A stretch of DNA of 63,971 bases, the filler included, from Circinaria calcarea (taxonomy: Eukaryota), in assembly GCA_051942165.1 (NCBI GenBank). It is 4 parts of 4 records of this genome, joined end to end, with 100 filler letters (N's around TTAATTAATTAA, not from the genome) between each part and the next. Parts side by side here need not be neighbours in the genome. Positions count along the whole stretch, not along the records: positions 16,569 to 33,031 come from JAVECS010000320.1; positions 33,132 to 49,588 come from JAVECS010000321.1; 2 more parts are not named here. The stretch is one strand, 5' to 3'. The notes beneath the pieces are model-generated. The model was not told where the DNA came from and made no database searches. It saw nothing but the letters and a program-made list of their open reading frames with translations. Shown piece by piece: positions 25,816 through 40,664 of the stretch; the stretch's first letter is position 1, and each line of letters starts with the position of its first letter. Both the position numbers and the translations under genes were made by a program.

Positions 25816-26786
25816 TCTGCTGATAGACTGAGCTTAGCTATGAGTAGAAGTGTACAGCAAAACGAGGCTATAGCACTGGTCGCGGCTTATAAACAACTAC
25901 ATAATCATTTGGGTTATGTACGCAGCCATTCCCGAGCACGAAAGATATCCCTCATAAAGAAGGATGTATGATCTGTCCGGGGAAACTGCCATATCGGTGC
26001 AATAATTGTGGACAACGAACGACGATCACACGCACTTGAATATGGTACAGAGGGGCGATAACCCAGGCTAGAATACATAGGGGCCGTATTATGATAAATA
26101 CTGACCCTGATCCCTGTTTTCCCACACAAAAACAGTTCGTGCAGTAAAATACCACCCTTGTGTATTCTAGCCCACCCTCTGTAGATAAAATGTAACCTTG
26201 CTAGCGTACACATGTGGCTGCCACTCTTCTCGACTCCGCCCCGGATTTGGCATAAAGTATTGATGAACGCACGCGGCACAGAACGCAGGGGCGGCCATCC
26301 CGTTGTTTAAGCAAAATAGCGCCCTTGGCGGGAATGCGGGTGGTAGTAGAACTATCATCGTAATGGCAAAGCCCCGAGGAATAGGGTGTGGAAAATATCC
26401 AATCACTTTTTCTGTGCCTCAACTATTCCTTGTCTGCTCTTTGTACTCCGACAATCTTGATGCAGTGGATCTTCGGAGATGCTCCGTTAGCGCCCTCCAA
26501 TCTCAGGCAGGAAGAGGTCGTGTACCTCCGGAGGATTCCCACTCCCGTGTTGCATGCATATGTCGCTGTTATTCTTCGAGCCTTTGCCCCATCTCTACAT
26601 ATCACACATGTGTGCTGCAGTAACCACTATTTCCCTCGGCTGTTGCCGCATTGCATAATTCCGAAGTCGTGACATTTGGAAGAGCCGGTTCGGAGGAATG
26701 AGAGATATATATCGCATTCGTGGGTCTTTCGTTGAAAATATCTTCATGCTTTTGAATATAACAAGAGATTCCAAACACTGCCTATC

Positions 26787-28127
26787 ATGGGTGCATCCTA
26801 TTCACAGCAACAGATGATCGGCCTTGGCATTGCCTTTCTGATACTGCCGGTCGTTATTGTGGGTTTCCGGATATGGGCCAAGAAACTGGGGCGCAAAGGT
26901 CTAGCGTGGGACGATTACCTGATCATGATCGCGATGGTGAGAATTCATAGAGAAAGGAAGGAGTTTCTAATAGAAAGAAGTTCTGACATCGCCTAGGTCT
27001 TCGCGATCGGCTGCCATATCGTGCAGGTTGTTGGTACGCATCCTCTTCTCTGCTATATTTCGAGACGTATTTCTTCGCTCACTATGTTATAGCTGCAACG
27101 CGTGGTCAACTTGGACAGCATCAAACGAACGGGCCGGACGGCCAGCCCATTCTCGACGACCCGCGATTTCTTCTATATGAAAAGGTGGGCTGTATATACT
27201 AAACGGTTTGATTCTTGCACTGAGCTCACCGCAAATAGTGCAAATTTGCAGTAAATATGCTCGCGGTTATTGGTCTCGGTTGTACAAAGGCTTCAATCTT
27301 GGTATTCTATATGAATATCTTTTCAACGAGGCGATTTCGCATAATTGCACAGATAATGCTCGCCATTGTCGGTGGATGGACTATTTCCTTTTTTTTTAGC
27401 AACTTATTCATCTGTTACCCTGTTACTGCCCTAGTCGAAGCATTCTATCACAATGACTGCATCGATGGAGTTAGCATGTGGTACGCATCATGTATTAGCG
27501 ATGTCATTGTGGATGTCATGATTCTCATCATACCAATTCCAATGGTCTTGAGACTACAGCTGCCCTCAAAGCAGAAAGCTGCAGTCTTGGGGATGTTCCT
27601 CCTTGGAGCCACGTAATTCGCTCTCCTCGTCGTGTTAACATTACAAAACTAACATACTTAGTGTCTGCGCAATAAGTATCACACGCGTGGTTTTCTTCTT
27701 CCAGGTTGGGAACGGATTTCTGCTGCATTATAATGATGAAACTTGTAAGTGTGCCTAAGCATATCTTGAGCTTACATTAATCTTATTAGATTATACATCC
27801 CCAATCTTCCTTTGGACCAACATTGAGCTATCTTTAAGTGTCGTGAGCGCCTGTCTACCGACACTACGTCCGATATGGATTTACTTCAAGGGATCCCCAC
27901 AATCAAACAAGGTTTCGCTACCTCTGAGCTCATCCTCGGGATTCAGTTCTCGTTTCGGTAGAAAACATCAACGAACATCTAATACATTCGATGAACATTT
28001 AACGAATGAGTCTGGAATCAACACTTACATTCGGGCAAGCAAGTCCGACATTTCAAACCAATCTAATGAAAATGTTATTACAGTTCAGCGGAATATGTCT
28101 AGCAATAGCAGACCTTTGTCATATTAA
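26787..28127 (+). CDS. PTH11-like integral membrane protein (fungal rhodopsin-domain GPCR-like, no CFEM domain)
   Basis: GLAWDDYLI, TKASILVFY..IF, DVMILIIPIPMVLRLQL and WTNIELSLSVVSACLPTLRP motifs; multiple introns. Confidence 0.88.
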
Positions 28128-29583
28128 GGGACGCACGAATAAAGTGGCGCTGGGCGCTCTAATCAATGTCTTGTCATATTTTATACACGCCGAGAGTTTC
28201 CATATATAGCCCGCCCTTCAATTCTCTTCAATCAATGAATGAACACACATAGATGCCGCACTGGCTGGTACTGCACTGTGAAGGGAGATAGAGATTGTCA
28301 ATCCGTTCCTGGGGTGGCGCGCTGGGACTTGGAGAAATGACTGCTACCAGACTTGCACATGCATTTTCACCCTTAATACTGGAGGTGACGGGTCTTAGTG
28401 GCTGGGTACTATCCCACCTCCTCAATTGTGGCCCATTATACAGATGATGCGTCAACTTGACTCCGTACCGTTGACATGGAAGAGTGAAGGGGACATGACC
28501 GGCAAGTGTCGTCAGTAATGTATACGTAGCTGGCTCTTATTGGGCGATCTTGTCTTGCTGCTTGGTTGTGGAATTAAAAAAGAAGATTCACTTGCTATGA
28601 AACCAAGGTAATATGCAGGATTCGTAGCTGTCGACGGATACATTCCACCTTTGTCGTGATATACGGTGGTCCAATTGCCCAAAAGAACTTGTGTTTCAGC
28701 ACCATTGGTGCCTGAGGTACTCGGTATATTGGTCTATTCGCCTTGAGGCTGTCATAACTTTATATAGGAAGTAGGCGGGACGACCACATTGCTGGAAATG
28801 TAGACAATGGAAAACTTCACATAGAGAGAAATTGACAAACAAGACTCCTCTAGGCCATCTGATAGACTTGCCATTGGCAGGAAGGCTACTAGATTGTTTG
28901 AATGCCACGCCAGCTCGCAGGCCGCTACCCTATGACTTGCATGAACCCTTCGCATTGAGAAAATAAGTTGTGAGACTCGAGAGATCCAAGTATCAAAAAA
29001 TCACCAAGCCAATGCCCCAAGTGGATATTGATTGCAACTGGATGCGCTGTTTTCACATTCGATTGCAGGTATTATGTAGGGACCGCACATGCTTTCAGGG
29101 CAAGCTCCTGATTGGCTGTTGTGTCATCATCCAACGACCTTGACAAAGAGTCATTGATAGAACTCGTCTTAACTCGGTTTGCGCCCCACGACATAACTCC
29201 ACGAAAGCATCCGGTCGAGTTATAAAAACATACGGCAAATACATATACACGGTCAAGCTCAAGTACACCCAGGCAGATCTTACACCTCTCTTCGTAAACT
29301 GTACTGGATCCTCGTTGCATTCACGCCACATCCATAACTGGGTCGAAGCTATAAAAGCCGATCTCTACAAACCCCCCACCCCAGGTCATCAACAAAGAAT
29401 ACTCGGAAAGTGCCCACCTGCATTGTCGTGACCAGATTTACAGTCTTGTTTCCCCCAACCCTCCCTTTTGGAAGTCGTCCCTCCTCCAGCTAGCACCTTT
29501 AAATACGCCGTGATCCTTTGAGGTTACAGCGAGGTGCGCCTCTGGAGCGACCGGACAGACTTCCATTACTCCGCCATCAGCCT

Positions 29584-32500
29584 ATGAGTACCTATCTCTG
29601 GAAATACTATTTGGAAGATGATGTCGAGAACTTTCGACTGTTGTTGGCGAACGCCAACTATACATCTTCGGGGCATGGCAAACCCCAGGTGGCGACAACC
29701 TCGAGTGGACACGCCATAGGGAGCCCAGGAAAAGGACTGGCAACCTCGCCGACGCTTCATAACAAGGGCCGCAAGCCGTCAGGAGTGGGGGCGGGCCTGT
29801 CGGGAAGCAAGGGGCATAGGGCATTCAGTAACATAACTCTGACGAGAGCGGATATTAATTCGAAAGATTCCCATGGAGTTACGTTGCTGCATCATATCGC
29901 ATCGTCCTCGGCCGAGTCTGCTCCATCTTACGCAGTCGCCCTTCTGAACCTTCCTTTGCTAGATATTTCCATTCAAGACCTGGAAAGCGGCTGGACGCCT
30001 TTACACCGTGCGTTGTACTTTGGAAATGTTACAATTGCGCGTGCGTTGCTGGACCGTGATATGCAAGATACTATTGGATATAATAGCACGAACGGATACC
30101 ACGGTGCCGGGGGACTTATCAAGATCAAGGATCGTGAAGGTAACAGTCCTTTCGATGTATTTGGGGCAACTATCACAACTCGAATTCTACGGCATGGTGC
30201 GAGTGTCTCCACACTTCCTACCGGATCCGATGATGACGAAGATGACGTTGCGCATGGAGACAGTGGCGACAGGAATGAAGATGGACCTGGGAGTAAGGTC
30301 TTACTTCCACAAACATCTATCAATGGTGACGAGCTGTTCATGTTTGGAAGTAACAAGAATTTTACCCTGGGGTTTGGGGATGAAGATGATCGTCAGTACC
30401 CGGAACGAATCACGTTGAAGCGACCAGAACATCTGCTGCGTCGACTGCGAGCAGAACATCAAGCACGATCTTATTCCTTTTGTAGTAAAGCACGGTCTCC
30501 TAGGCAGGAAAAGACCGACTTTGTAGGGCCAGATTCAATACCAGCCTTAGTTGAATTTCAACCCATCGTTATCCAAGATGTCCAACTGTCTAAACTACAT
30601 ACCGCCGTCTTAACTATGGACCCTGAAGCTAATCTCTATGTCTGTGGTTTTGGACCTGGAGGAAGGCTGGGTACGGGTGACGAAACGACCAGATTCAACT
30701 TCACATGTATATACGGAGGAGGCTTAGTGGGTAAAAAAGTGATAGGCGTTGGGATGGGGCAAAACCATACGGTGGCAATTTCGAGCCTGGGAGAAGTGTT
30801 CACGTGGGGCAGTAATGCGTTTGGACAGCTGGGATATTCCGTGCCAAGCTCCAGCGTCAAAGACGAAGAACCATTGCAGCTGCTACCACGCCAGATCTTT
30901 GGTCCTCTCAAACGTGAAAGTGTCATTGGTACGGCCGCATCTCGAACACATACGGTAGTGTATACAGGTACCTCCTTGTATACGTTTGGCAAGAACGACG
31001 GACAGCTGGGCTTGGTCGACTCGGATGCAAGGTCTCTTGAGATACAGGTCACTCCGCGTAAAGTGGCAGCGTCGCTTTTCTCATCCTCAATCACTATGGT
31101 CGCAGCGATTGACAAAGCTACGGTTTGTCTTTTAGAGAATCATGATGTGTGGATATTTGCAAATTATGGATATACGAAGATGTCCTTTCCCTTGGACGGA
31201 TTTTCCAATTATTTCCTCAAGAACAGCTATTCTACCACGAGGTACGATAGCACGCCGAACCATATATCAAAGATCAGCGCTGGTGGCGACACAATCTGTG
31301 CCATGGCAAGGATGGGGGATGTGTTTACCGTTACTTTGAGCCAGAAAAGTGAGCTCGCGCCAGTAACAACCTCAACGACCAATCCAGCCAAAATCCGCGG
31401 CGCCTTGTCTCCACCTCAGCGTGTGTGGTCTCTTAGGAAGATTCACATGGCGGTAAGAGATGTTGACGTAGGTCAAGATGGCTCTGTTATCATTTGTACG
31501 GAGTCGGGTTCAGTATGGAAAAGAGTCAAGCGGGCAAAGATCAAGGAAACGGCTAGTCCTGCTGGTATTTCAGAGTACAAGCCTAAGGACTATAAATTCT
31601 CCCGAGTGCCTGGTTTGACGCGAATTACGGCGGTAAGGAGTAATGCCTTTGGTGCATTCGCTGCGGTGCGCAGAGATTGTGACGTTTTGAAAACGCAGAT
31701 CGGAGTCGCTAGCCATATGCTATGGAAGGATTTGTTTCCTTTGTTTTCATTTCATAATCTCTCAAGACAAGAAGACTCCGACACAGAAAACCCTGCTCCG
31801 CGTTTGTGGACTCCTCGTTTAACGGACAGTCCTGCTACAATTCGACATGCTGTATTAATATCTCCTAACGTGGAAGAGACTCTTGCTTGTATGTTTACAG
31901 CTAATCACGCTTCAGAGTTATCGAGCGGCAGATTTAGTCTTGGCACTACGACTTCTGATGTCTTGATACCTTGCCACGAATTCATGCTTGCAGGGAGAAG
32001 CAAAGTGTTAAGACAAGCATTATCAGAATTTCGTCAATCTTATTTCTTTAGCATCTCCGAAGTTCTCACAGTCGAGTACGGCAAAGATGGGAATGTCCTG
32101 GTACTCTTCCAAGGAATAGATTTTCTCACCCTTCTCAACCTGGTACTATATATTTACACGGACTCTCTCATAGACGTATGGCATCATACACGGCACTCTC
32201 CCCAGCTAGCTTTCAGGTATCGACAAGTTCGCACCGAGCTGATGAAAGTTGCAAGTCATCTGGGGCTAAGGTGTCTTGAGCAGGCGGCAAGACTAATGGC
32301 AGAGCCACCTAAGACTCTCCATCAAGATATGGAATGTGCAATCCTCGATCCCGAGTTCTTCGAAACAGGGGATATCAATGTTGAGCTCAACGGCTCTACA
32401 GTTAAGGTTCACAGTGCACTCATGTGCCAGAGATGTCCATTCTTTGAAGGTCTCTTTCACGGACGTGCCGCTGGCCGCTGGCTTACTTCGCGAAGGGAGC

Positions 32501-33031
32501 TCCTGGAGGAACCACAAGAAGCTATAAAAGTTGACTTGCAGCACGTTGATGTTCCTGTCTTTGAATTAGTATTACGACACATCTACGCGGATACTGGGGA
32601 AGAGCTCTTCGATGAAGTGATCTCTGCAGATTATGACGGCTTTCTCGATTTGATCATGGACGTCATGTCAGTTGCTAATGAGCTGATGCTGGATCGATTA
32701 GCTCAGATTTGCCAAAAGATACTTGGGCGCTTTGGTAAGCACATTGTTCTATACTTTAAAGATACTTATGGACTAATGGGCGTAGTAAACACTCGCAACA
32801 TTTGCCAGTTACTAAACGATGTAGCTCCTTGCTCAATTACCGAATTCAAAGATGCGGCCCTCGAGTATATATGCCTTAATCTAGAAGGCATGCTTGAGAA
32901 CAAGTAAGAATCTTAGATCTTTTTATATCATGGGTATGTGCTGACCAATGGATTAGCCTTCTGGGTGAGCTAGATAACGATCTTATGCTCGAGTTGGATC
33001 AAGTCGTCCGAGAAAATCAGCTTGCTTGTCT
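29584..33031 (+). CDS. Ankyrin + RCC1 repeat + BTB/POZ domain protein (Btb1/IBTK-like), truncated by contig end
   Basis: DLESGWTPLHRALYFGN ankyrin repeat; FGSNKNFTLG, GFGPGGRLGTGDE and WGSNAFGQLG RCC1 repeats; two BTB segments (CHEFMLAGRS, VHSALMCQRCPFF). Confidence 0.92.
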
Positions 33032-33131
33032 NNNNNNNNNNNNNNNNNNNNNNNNNNNNNNNNNNNNNNNNNNNNTTAATTAATTAANNNNNNNNNNNNN
33101 NNNNNNNNNNNNNNNNNNNNNNNNNNNNNNN
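33032..33131. other. Artificial contig linker
   Basis: N-run with TTAATTAATTAA, 100 nt. Confidence 0.99.
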
Positions 33132-33437
33132 GATGTTTGCAATCTCCACGGCGGATGAACCGCTTGCACCAGAGTCGGGTGCCTCTTGTAGATCTAGCCG
33201 GTTGCAAAAACGAACCTGTTTCCCTGACCTCGCTGTACGTGGCAGTCGTGTGGTCGTGTCACCCTCCCTGTAGCTACTTGTGTCGAGCTCCGTGAATACC
33301 GACATTCTTCGGTTTTTCGGAAGCGCTTCGGATGATGAGAGAGAGGGAGCGGTCGAAGGAAATTGCGTGCACAAACGATGATCAGCAGGTAGAAGTGGTG
33401 TTGGCTCCTCGAAAGAACGGGCGCGTAACGACGCCAT
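33132..33437 (-). CDS. Hypothetical protein, N-terminal fragment running into contig end
   Basis: Open frame from ATG (MASLRARSFEEP...RRMSVFTE...KQVRF) to the gap; no recognisable domain. Confidence 0.35.
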
Positions 33438-35248
33438 GATGTTGTAGGGCCCAGGCAAACGGAGCAAAGGGAATGGAGATGAGGTCGAAAATATCCAACA
33501 GCTGGTGGCAACACTGTGGTTCCAACTCTCATAGAGACATGATGAAGTGAGAAGAATAATCGTTTGAGAGCTGGAGATGGGTCAATCGGGGCGGGCAGGA
33601 CCAATCCAAGTTTGATGATGGGCTGGGCTACCTGACATATCTCGAGATTGCAGGAGACTCTCCCCGTAAACCAGTTGCGACCGCAGGGCGAACGAAAAAA
33701 TCCCAAAGGAAATGACGAAAGGCAAATTAATTTAGCTATGGGCCTAGCGCCGGGGCCGGCTCTGCCAAAAACAGGATCTCGGACGGATGCAAGAGCCAAT
33801 CAGTTGAGAGCCAACGCATATGTGGCGCTTTTTGATGGCAACCGTCTGCTCGATTAGGTTTCAGCTCCGCTCGCCAATGCCGACCTATCAGCTATAGCTC
33901 GAGCTACTTGGGAGGAGTGCCTGGTGCGGGGGCGAACGCTCTCGACCCATGAATTACACCGAATTACATGGCGGACGGAGGGACTCTGCAGCATACGTAG
34001 TGTTTCGGTATCCGATGAAGGCCACAAATGAACTGTCACCTGCAAGGGCCCGGAGGCCCTCCGCAGTAGCACTTGTTGGTATCTGAATGGCTGGCCGCTA
34101 TTCCAAATTGACACTGCAACGGCCGGCCGGATGGAGAGTAGGAGTCGTTACCGTTACGTCACAGTGTAGAAGCCACTACTGAAGAGAAGTACCTATATGG
34201 AGTGCATCGTGAGTGGACTTGGGTCTTCACAGCACCATGCCAACGTCTTCAAGTCGTAGAACTCCGATGAAATACTGCGTCTGTATTTTGGTGGCAACCT
34301 CCACTCTGTTACCCCTCAGCCTCGAAACGGTCCGATCGGTACCTTGCCGGACAACTGTCAGATCGAGTACAGACTACGCACACACAAACGAGTTGGAGAT
34401 CGAATATCCCAAGCAGGATCCTAGTGAAATGCAGCTCATAAGCATCATCTAAATGTAGACCCTCTCCTCCAATCCCCCATCCCCCTTCGCAGGAAGATCG
34501 CTCCTCGACAATCCCACTACGCAGCACAGCAGATCACTTCTCCTTCAATGCCTAATACAGCATGCGGCCAACCTGCCACGACAGCTGCAATTCTATCTTG
34601 AATCTCTTAAACTTCCTCGGCATAAAGAACAGACACAATAAAAGACGGGCCATTCGGAGAGACCGGGGAGAGGGGGAGGGTTTACACCTACGCTAAGAGG
34701 TCTTAGCAAACCCTAATTGGAGAAGCCATGTGATCTCTTCATTCATGGGTTCAGGTCCCCGCAACTTTGAACCACGGGAACTGGGAATAGATGTGGGAAA
34801 GTACCATGGCTCATCACATATGTGAGGCATGGTACGACTAGGCCAAGGACTCAAATTGGACAAGGTGGGTAAAACAATGCAGGTTCCATGTGGATACCAT
34901 GGCCTTCCTTACAGCTACGCTCGCCATTCTGCATGCAATCTGAACAGGGTCGGTCGGACCAGACCCGAGAACAATCTAACAAATCCGAATGCGAGGACAC
35001 TGAAATTCCAGTCAATATTAATCATAGAATCAGACGTCTATATATGGTGAAAGTATCCAAGCCTTGAGGCGCCCTAGACCACTGTACATCTCGATCGACT
35101 CCGCAACTTCACTTGGTATATCAAAATCATTAAACGCTCCGCTCATGCTTAGAACGCCAAAAATCCGCTGCACACCCCTCCCGAGTTCCCATCTATTGTT
35201 GCGCCTCCTTAGTTACAAAGCCGCTGCGGCAAAATCACCCCGCACATC

Positions 35249-38035
35249 TTAAAATGTGAACAGCATCAGCCCGGGATTCAGTGCGATCGGTAACACGAAA
35301 TGCGAGAACACACATATCGCCAGCGGGAAGATGGCTTGGAAGGTGGTGATGCGCCATAACGGAGGGGCAATGGTGGCGAGTACGATGATACCAGCGGTAG
35401 TAACGATCGTCCACATGAACATAAACTTGAACTTCTTCAATAACTTGGGTATTTCCTGGAAGAAGGTGGTGTTGTCGACTTCCTTGGCAGTGGCACCCCA
35501 ACTCATATCAATAGAGAACATGTGGGAGAGAAGAGCCTGGCTGACGTGGAGAGAAATACCACCAAGGAAAATGGCGAGGAGGAAAACCCATTTGAAGTTT
35601 CCCCACAGCGCGGCTATCAGCCCCTGCTCGCCGAGTCGATACCGTAAGATTGCGAGGGCGAGGTTACCGATTGCCGTAAAAACAATGATGATCGAAAAGA
35701 AAATTTTGAAGGAGTCGATGTAGTATTTGTCTAGCCATCCATTGAACCATCCAACGACACAGTAATTCATCAGGGTCAATAGCCAGGCAGACCCAATAGC
35801 GTAGTAAGTTCCGATGTAAGCCATGATGGTAAGCTTAGATGGCAGGGGCATTCTAGATTTGATGAAATTCTTGAACAGTGGAGTGAAGGGGCCTCGAACG
35901 AACCAATATCGGAGAGGGTGAAAGATGAGTTCGTTGCAGCCATAAGCATACTTCTCCCAACGAGCAAGTTCATCGTACACGGTAAGGGAAACACCCTCTT
36001 TGAAGCCTTGGCCGGTATATGCAGCTAGGCGAACAACGTAGCCGACGCTCTGAAGCCTTAGTGCCATATCGAAGTCTTCTGACACTGTTTTCTCGGACCA
36101 ATATTTCTCAGTTCCATCTACCTCATCGTTGTATGCGATGTCTTGCATAGCAGACCATCGTAGAAGAGCATTGTGACCGACAAAGGGAGCAACATCGCCA
36201 TTGGCAACAGCAAAGGTGATGGCTGTATAAATAAGATTTGTGAAGAAAGTAATACCGTTCTCGAAGAAACTAGTAGTAACGTTCAGGACACCGGCGGTGA
36301 ATTGGATAATAGCAACCTGAGGAGAGTGTTCCATTTCGCTAACGGCGTCTAGGAAGCAATCTTCCGGAACACGAGTATCTGAATCCACGATGAGAATGTA
36401 GTCGCCGATCCGAATATTGCCTTCTGCCCAAGTGACGCCTTCGTCTTCAGCGACAACCTGTTGCAACGAGCTATCATCGGCGTCCATTTCATCGTCGTGG
36501 GTCCATGTGGTGGGCCGTTCAATACTTGCGAGCTTATCTTCAACTCTTGCGCTGACAGCCATGGCGTAATTCATGTTCGAGGCCTTCTTGAATTTCCCAG
36601 GCCGGATGAATCCTCTCTCGCCTTCGGCTGGTTTCGGGTTGTGCTTTGGCCGTGAAACCCAGCCGATATTGTGCTCGTCATAAAAGTCCCTCCTGGCCTG
36701 GGCGTCTTCATTAGATATTATCTGCATCCCATCATCGTTGACGAAGATGTTTGCAGAGCCACCTTGCATCTCATATGTGGATATGGCGGCTTTCAAAGAT
36801 CGAATAGTCGGTTCGATGACAGAGTAAAGACCTTCCTTATAGACCGGACATTGGATGGTGACGTGTGGAAGGTCACCTTTTGAAATACGAACCGGGGCTA
36901 CGCCGGAATAGAATTTCGAGTTTTCATTGATCTGACTGATTGGTCCAATCATTTGAGCCAGACAACCGATGACTGACTGCATGAAAAACTAGAGAATCGA
37001 ATTAGCTCATAGATATTTCCAAAGGAAAGAGAGCATGCTGGACATACCAGAGCAAGCCACATTTGGAGGGGTACCACGGCGGCGAAAACTAGCCGCATCA
37101 TGGACTTGTCAACTGCGATTTCAATAACAATGTTTCGCCAACCGGCGCCAATAGCAGCTACTAAGATGATCAATGTGAGAGCGGTTATAGTAGCTTGGAT
37201 CAGCACCAGTTTCCGTGGTTTTTCGGTGATGAGTTCCTCGTAAACAATCTCACCATCTGGTCCTTCTTGGGGAACTTCTGTTATGAGCACGCTTTGGCTT
37301 TTGTTTGTCTTCTCATCGAATTCTGAGCTGCTATCCCAGATCATAGACATCAACTGTTCTTCGATTTTTTGTGCGCGGGATAACAGGTGTTTGGGTTCAT
37401 CGTCCCACACCACGAGAATTGAGGTGTCCTTGATGAAAGCTGCGAAGTGATGCTTCTGGCACGTGGGGAGAAAGGTGATGTTAGGTAGAATCTGAATGCG
37501 CAAGCCATCCTTTAGCGGAACGTACGGAAGGTCCTGACGCCGCAGGAAGAGTTTGATGACACGAGTGTTAACCGTCATGGCAGTCTGTACTCGTACGTTA
37601 GCCCGATAAAGAGACCGCAATCTCGATATGAGCACTACATACCCTGACATTAAGTCTAGTTACCGCGTCGAAGAGATCGCCTCGGTGATTGGAAAGCTCT
37701 CCTGGACACGCCGTGTAGGCGTCACGCCCCTTTTTGAGGACTACACCCTCGCCAAGACCACCGTTGGTCCACATGCGTTCCAATTGCTGCTGGTGTAGCC
37801 AGTTGACCATGACATCGGCCTTGATCTCCATTATGTCGTCCATGGTAGAGTTTCTGAAATCCCCAGAGGGATACAAAGAGGCGGGTCGAGATCCCGAGTA
37901 GGCTGGCGTCGCCGCTCCCGAAAACGATGGCGTTACTGGGGAATGAGGGGAGTTGGTCATTTCCACACTGGAAGCTGCGGCGGAGGCAGCTTTCTTCTTG
38001 TCCGCCGGATGGAAATACGACTTGAAGCCCTTCAT
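35249..38035 (-). CDS. Membrane-bound glycosyltransferase family 2 protein, 3 exons
   Basis: PHVTIQCPVYKE, KKASNMN, IVDSD, VSEDFD and ELARW (QxxRW-like) motifs plus C-terminal TM helices; N-terminal exons at 38035 and 37586. Confidence 0.9.
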
Positions 38036-40100
38036 GATGGCGGTAGAGTCGGAGCACACACGCCCAGTGTATTCTTGAATGTGTTCTTGAAATGTACCTT
38101 CAGATCAAGCCCAAGCGAATGAGGGCCGGTCGGAATTAAAAATAGTTCGGTAAGCGAATGATGTAGAAAAGGTGCGGACAGAGCCAATTACATATGGTAC
38201 GATGTTTAGCGAATACCAGAGAGAACGAAGGACGACGACACCCGTAGAAACCGGGCTCGAGCGCAGGCGGGAGGATACAGTACCAAAAGGAAAGACAAAG
38301 AGTGAAAAAGCGAGTAAGAAAGGCGGGCGGCCGACTTGATAAGCCCGGTTCCTGCTAGTACTGCCCATCAGTGCTCAGTACGCGCAGGGTCCCAGCCGGA
38401 CCTCCTGTGTGGCGAGCTGAAATTCCCACTGGATGGACTGCCGGTCCAGGATCAGTGGCTAGGCTGCTCAAAAGAGGATAGGCCAATCATTGAACTAGAC
38501 ATCTTTCGGTCCTCACTACTTTACACTTTGCTCCCGAAACAGGGGCCCTTCCCATCTAGCGGCCGAGAGCATGCTGGATTCGGTTGGACGACCATACTAA
38601 GATCGAGACCCCTCATCACCATTCCTCCATTCTGGACGGTTCAGGAGATGGCTAGTCAGGGGGGGTGGGAGTCGAACAGCCTTGCCGTGTGCTGGAACTT
38701 GGAAGGCGCCCCCGGTCCTACGCAGTCTTTGTGATCGATGGCGGAAATGAAATCTCGTTCCCATAGACCTCGCTTGCCTCAAAGCGATACGCGAAGAACG
38801 TGGGCTGAAACGCCACAATTCTACGGAATCCGGAATACGAAGGAGGAGGGGAGGACCAAAACAATGGGGCCGCCGAGGTGATGATAGGCTGCACAGCACG
38901 TATGCAGTACGGAGTGAGTAGAGTCACCTGCAATGCACTTCGCTTGGAGCTTTGTACGGGGCAACTGCATACACGTTGGTGATGCCGAAGAAGTCGGCAG
39001 ATTTTGGCTCATCGTTGTCATAAAGGTTTGATACCCTTGAACTGGCCGTAGCAGCAGAAGATGACTCCTGTCCACGGACCTGGGAAATATCGGGCGGACA
39101 TGGGCCGTCTTTTGGGGCAAAGTGCATAACCTTGTGGTGCGCTAGGCTGTCACTAGTGAGGCATCAGCCTATTTGGTGCATGGGCAAAACGCATCGGACC
39201 TCTGCCAAGTCATGACTCGAGCGGCAGTGAGCTTTAAGTTAGGAAGCGCGCTAGAGAATGACTTTTGCATCGGCTCACTGCGGTATGAATGCTCCGAGAC
39301 CCGTCCAGATCCAACAGATTTCGGAGATCAAGGCTGCTCGATGAGGTGAATATCCCTGTCAAGTCCATCAACGACGATCATTGAAGTCTATTGGTATAAT
39401 TAAAGCATCCACCAATACTCCCGTTAAGCTACATCGGGGAAAAGTCGGACAGGCCAGTTTCTCAACGGACGTGGCACTTGAGATAATCTGGAACCACTTG
39501 ATAGTCGCTCTGTGCAAAACAGTCTGCATATCTAAGTTTGGAAATTCTCTGTGGTTTACAATAACGAGTAAATGTTTGTCTCAGTAACCAACTGCTGGAT
39601 TGCCTAATCGTCCGTCGAGTCGAACACTTCGGTTGATGAAACAGTAAGACAGAGTCGCATCGGTTAGCGCCCTCCTAGCAAACGACTTGTACAGGGCGCT
39701 CGGGAAGACACGGGAATCGAAGCGGCAGGATGAAAAGAAATCTCCAGCAAAAAGCATTACTCCTTGCCGGCTCCGAAGATCTAGCAGTCGATTGCAGAAT
39801 CCTACCACCTAAATATATACTAGTAATCATCTATATTCCAGTCCCTTGAATACCGTCACATTAGCAAGGGACGTATCTCCCATATGCCAAGTCAGCCATC
39901 AAGTCGCACCAAGGTGGGTGAGATTCAAGAACACACATGTGATGGCCGTTCAGGTGGCTCCTCTGGACTGGTACAGCAGCTAAAAGACAGCTCTGTCGTC
40001 AAGCAAGTATGGTCGTGCAGATACTTACGCAGAGTGAGGACTTTCGGATGGTGTGCCATGGATGAGAAAAGACGGTTTCTCGTTGACGATACTCTAGATA

Positions 40101-40340
40101 GAGCCCAGCAGATTGGAGCCGACCTGACGTCAAGGAAGAGGAGTTGCATGGCTGACATGTGTTCAACCCGTGCTACGACGCCCCTTGCCTTTGGAGTTCT
40201 CTCCTTATCAATGATAGCCCATGTGTCTAATCGGAAATTATGCAAAGAGAGCCCCCACATCTGTACCTCCTTATCGCCATGCAATTTAACGCAGTGGAGA
40301 TTGCCGGGACTCGGGACGATCCATCTGGCATGTAATGCCA
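40101..40340 (-). repeat. Diverged duplicated segment, copy A (possible decayed fungal-type protein kinase fragment)
   Basis: Shares GAGATTGCCGGGACTC and CAGCAGA(T/C)TGGAGCCGA..CTGAC.TCAAGG.AGAGGA..TGCAT.GC.GACATGT with 41327-41520. Confidence 0.75.
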
Positions 40341-40664
40341 TCCTCCTGACGGAAATTGAAACGATTCTAACATTTACTGCAAGGGGAGATGGGGGTGGGC
40401 AAGACGAATGAATATTGGACAGGCAAGAATTTCAAATGATTGAGGCGTTAGCTAAATTTTCTGAGAGTTTTGTAATGTACGGGAGCCCGGTACCAATATC
40501 GTATGGTAGAGCCCCAGGTAGCAGGCCTACCCTCATTGGCGCAGAATCCAAGCAGCATATTAAGGTTCACAGCAGAGCATAGCTTCATTGTAGATGTAAC
40601 CACACACCCACAGTAGATGTTAGCGCGTTCTCGACAAAACCTGATGCCCTTGCAAAGCCCTGTC

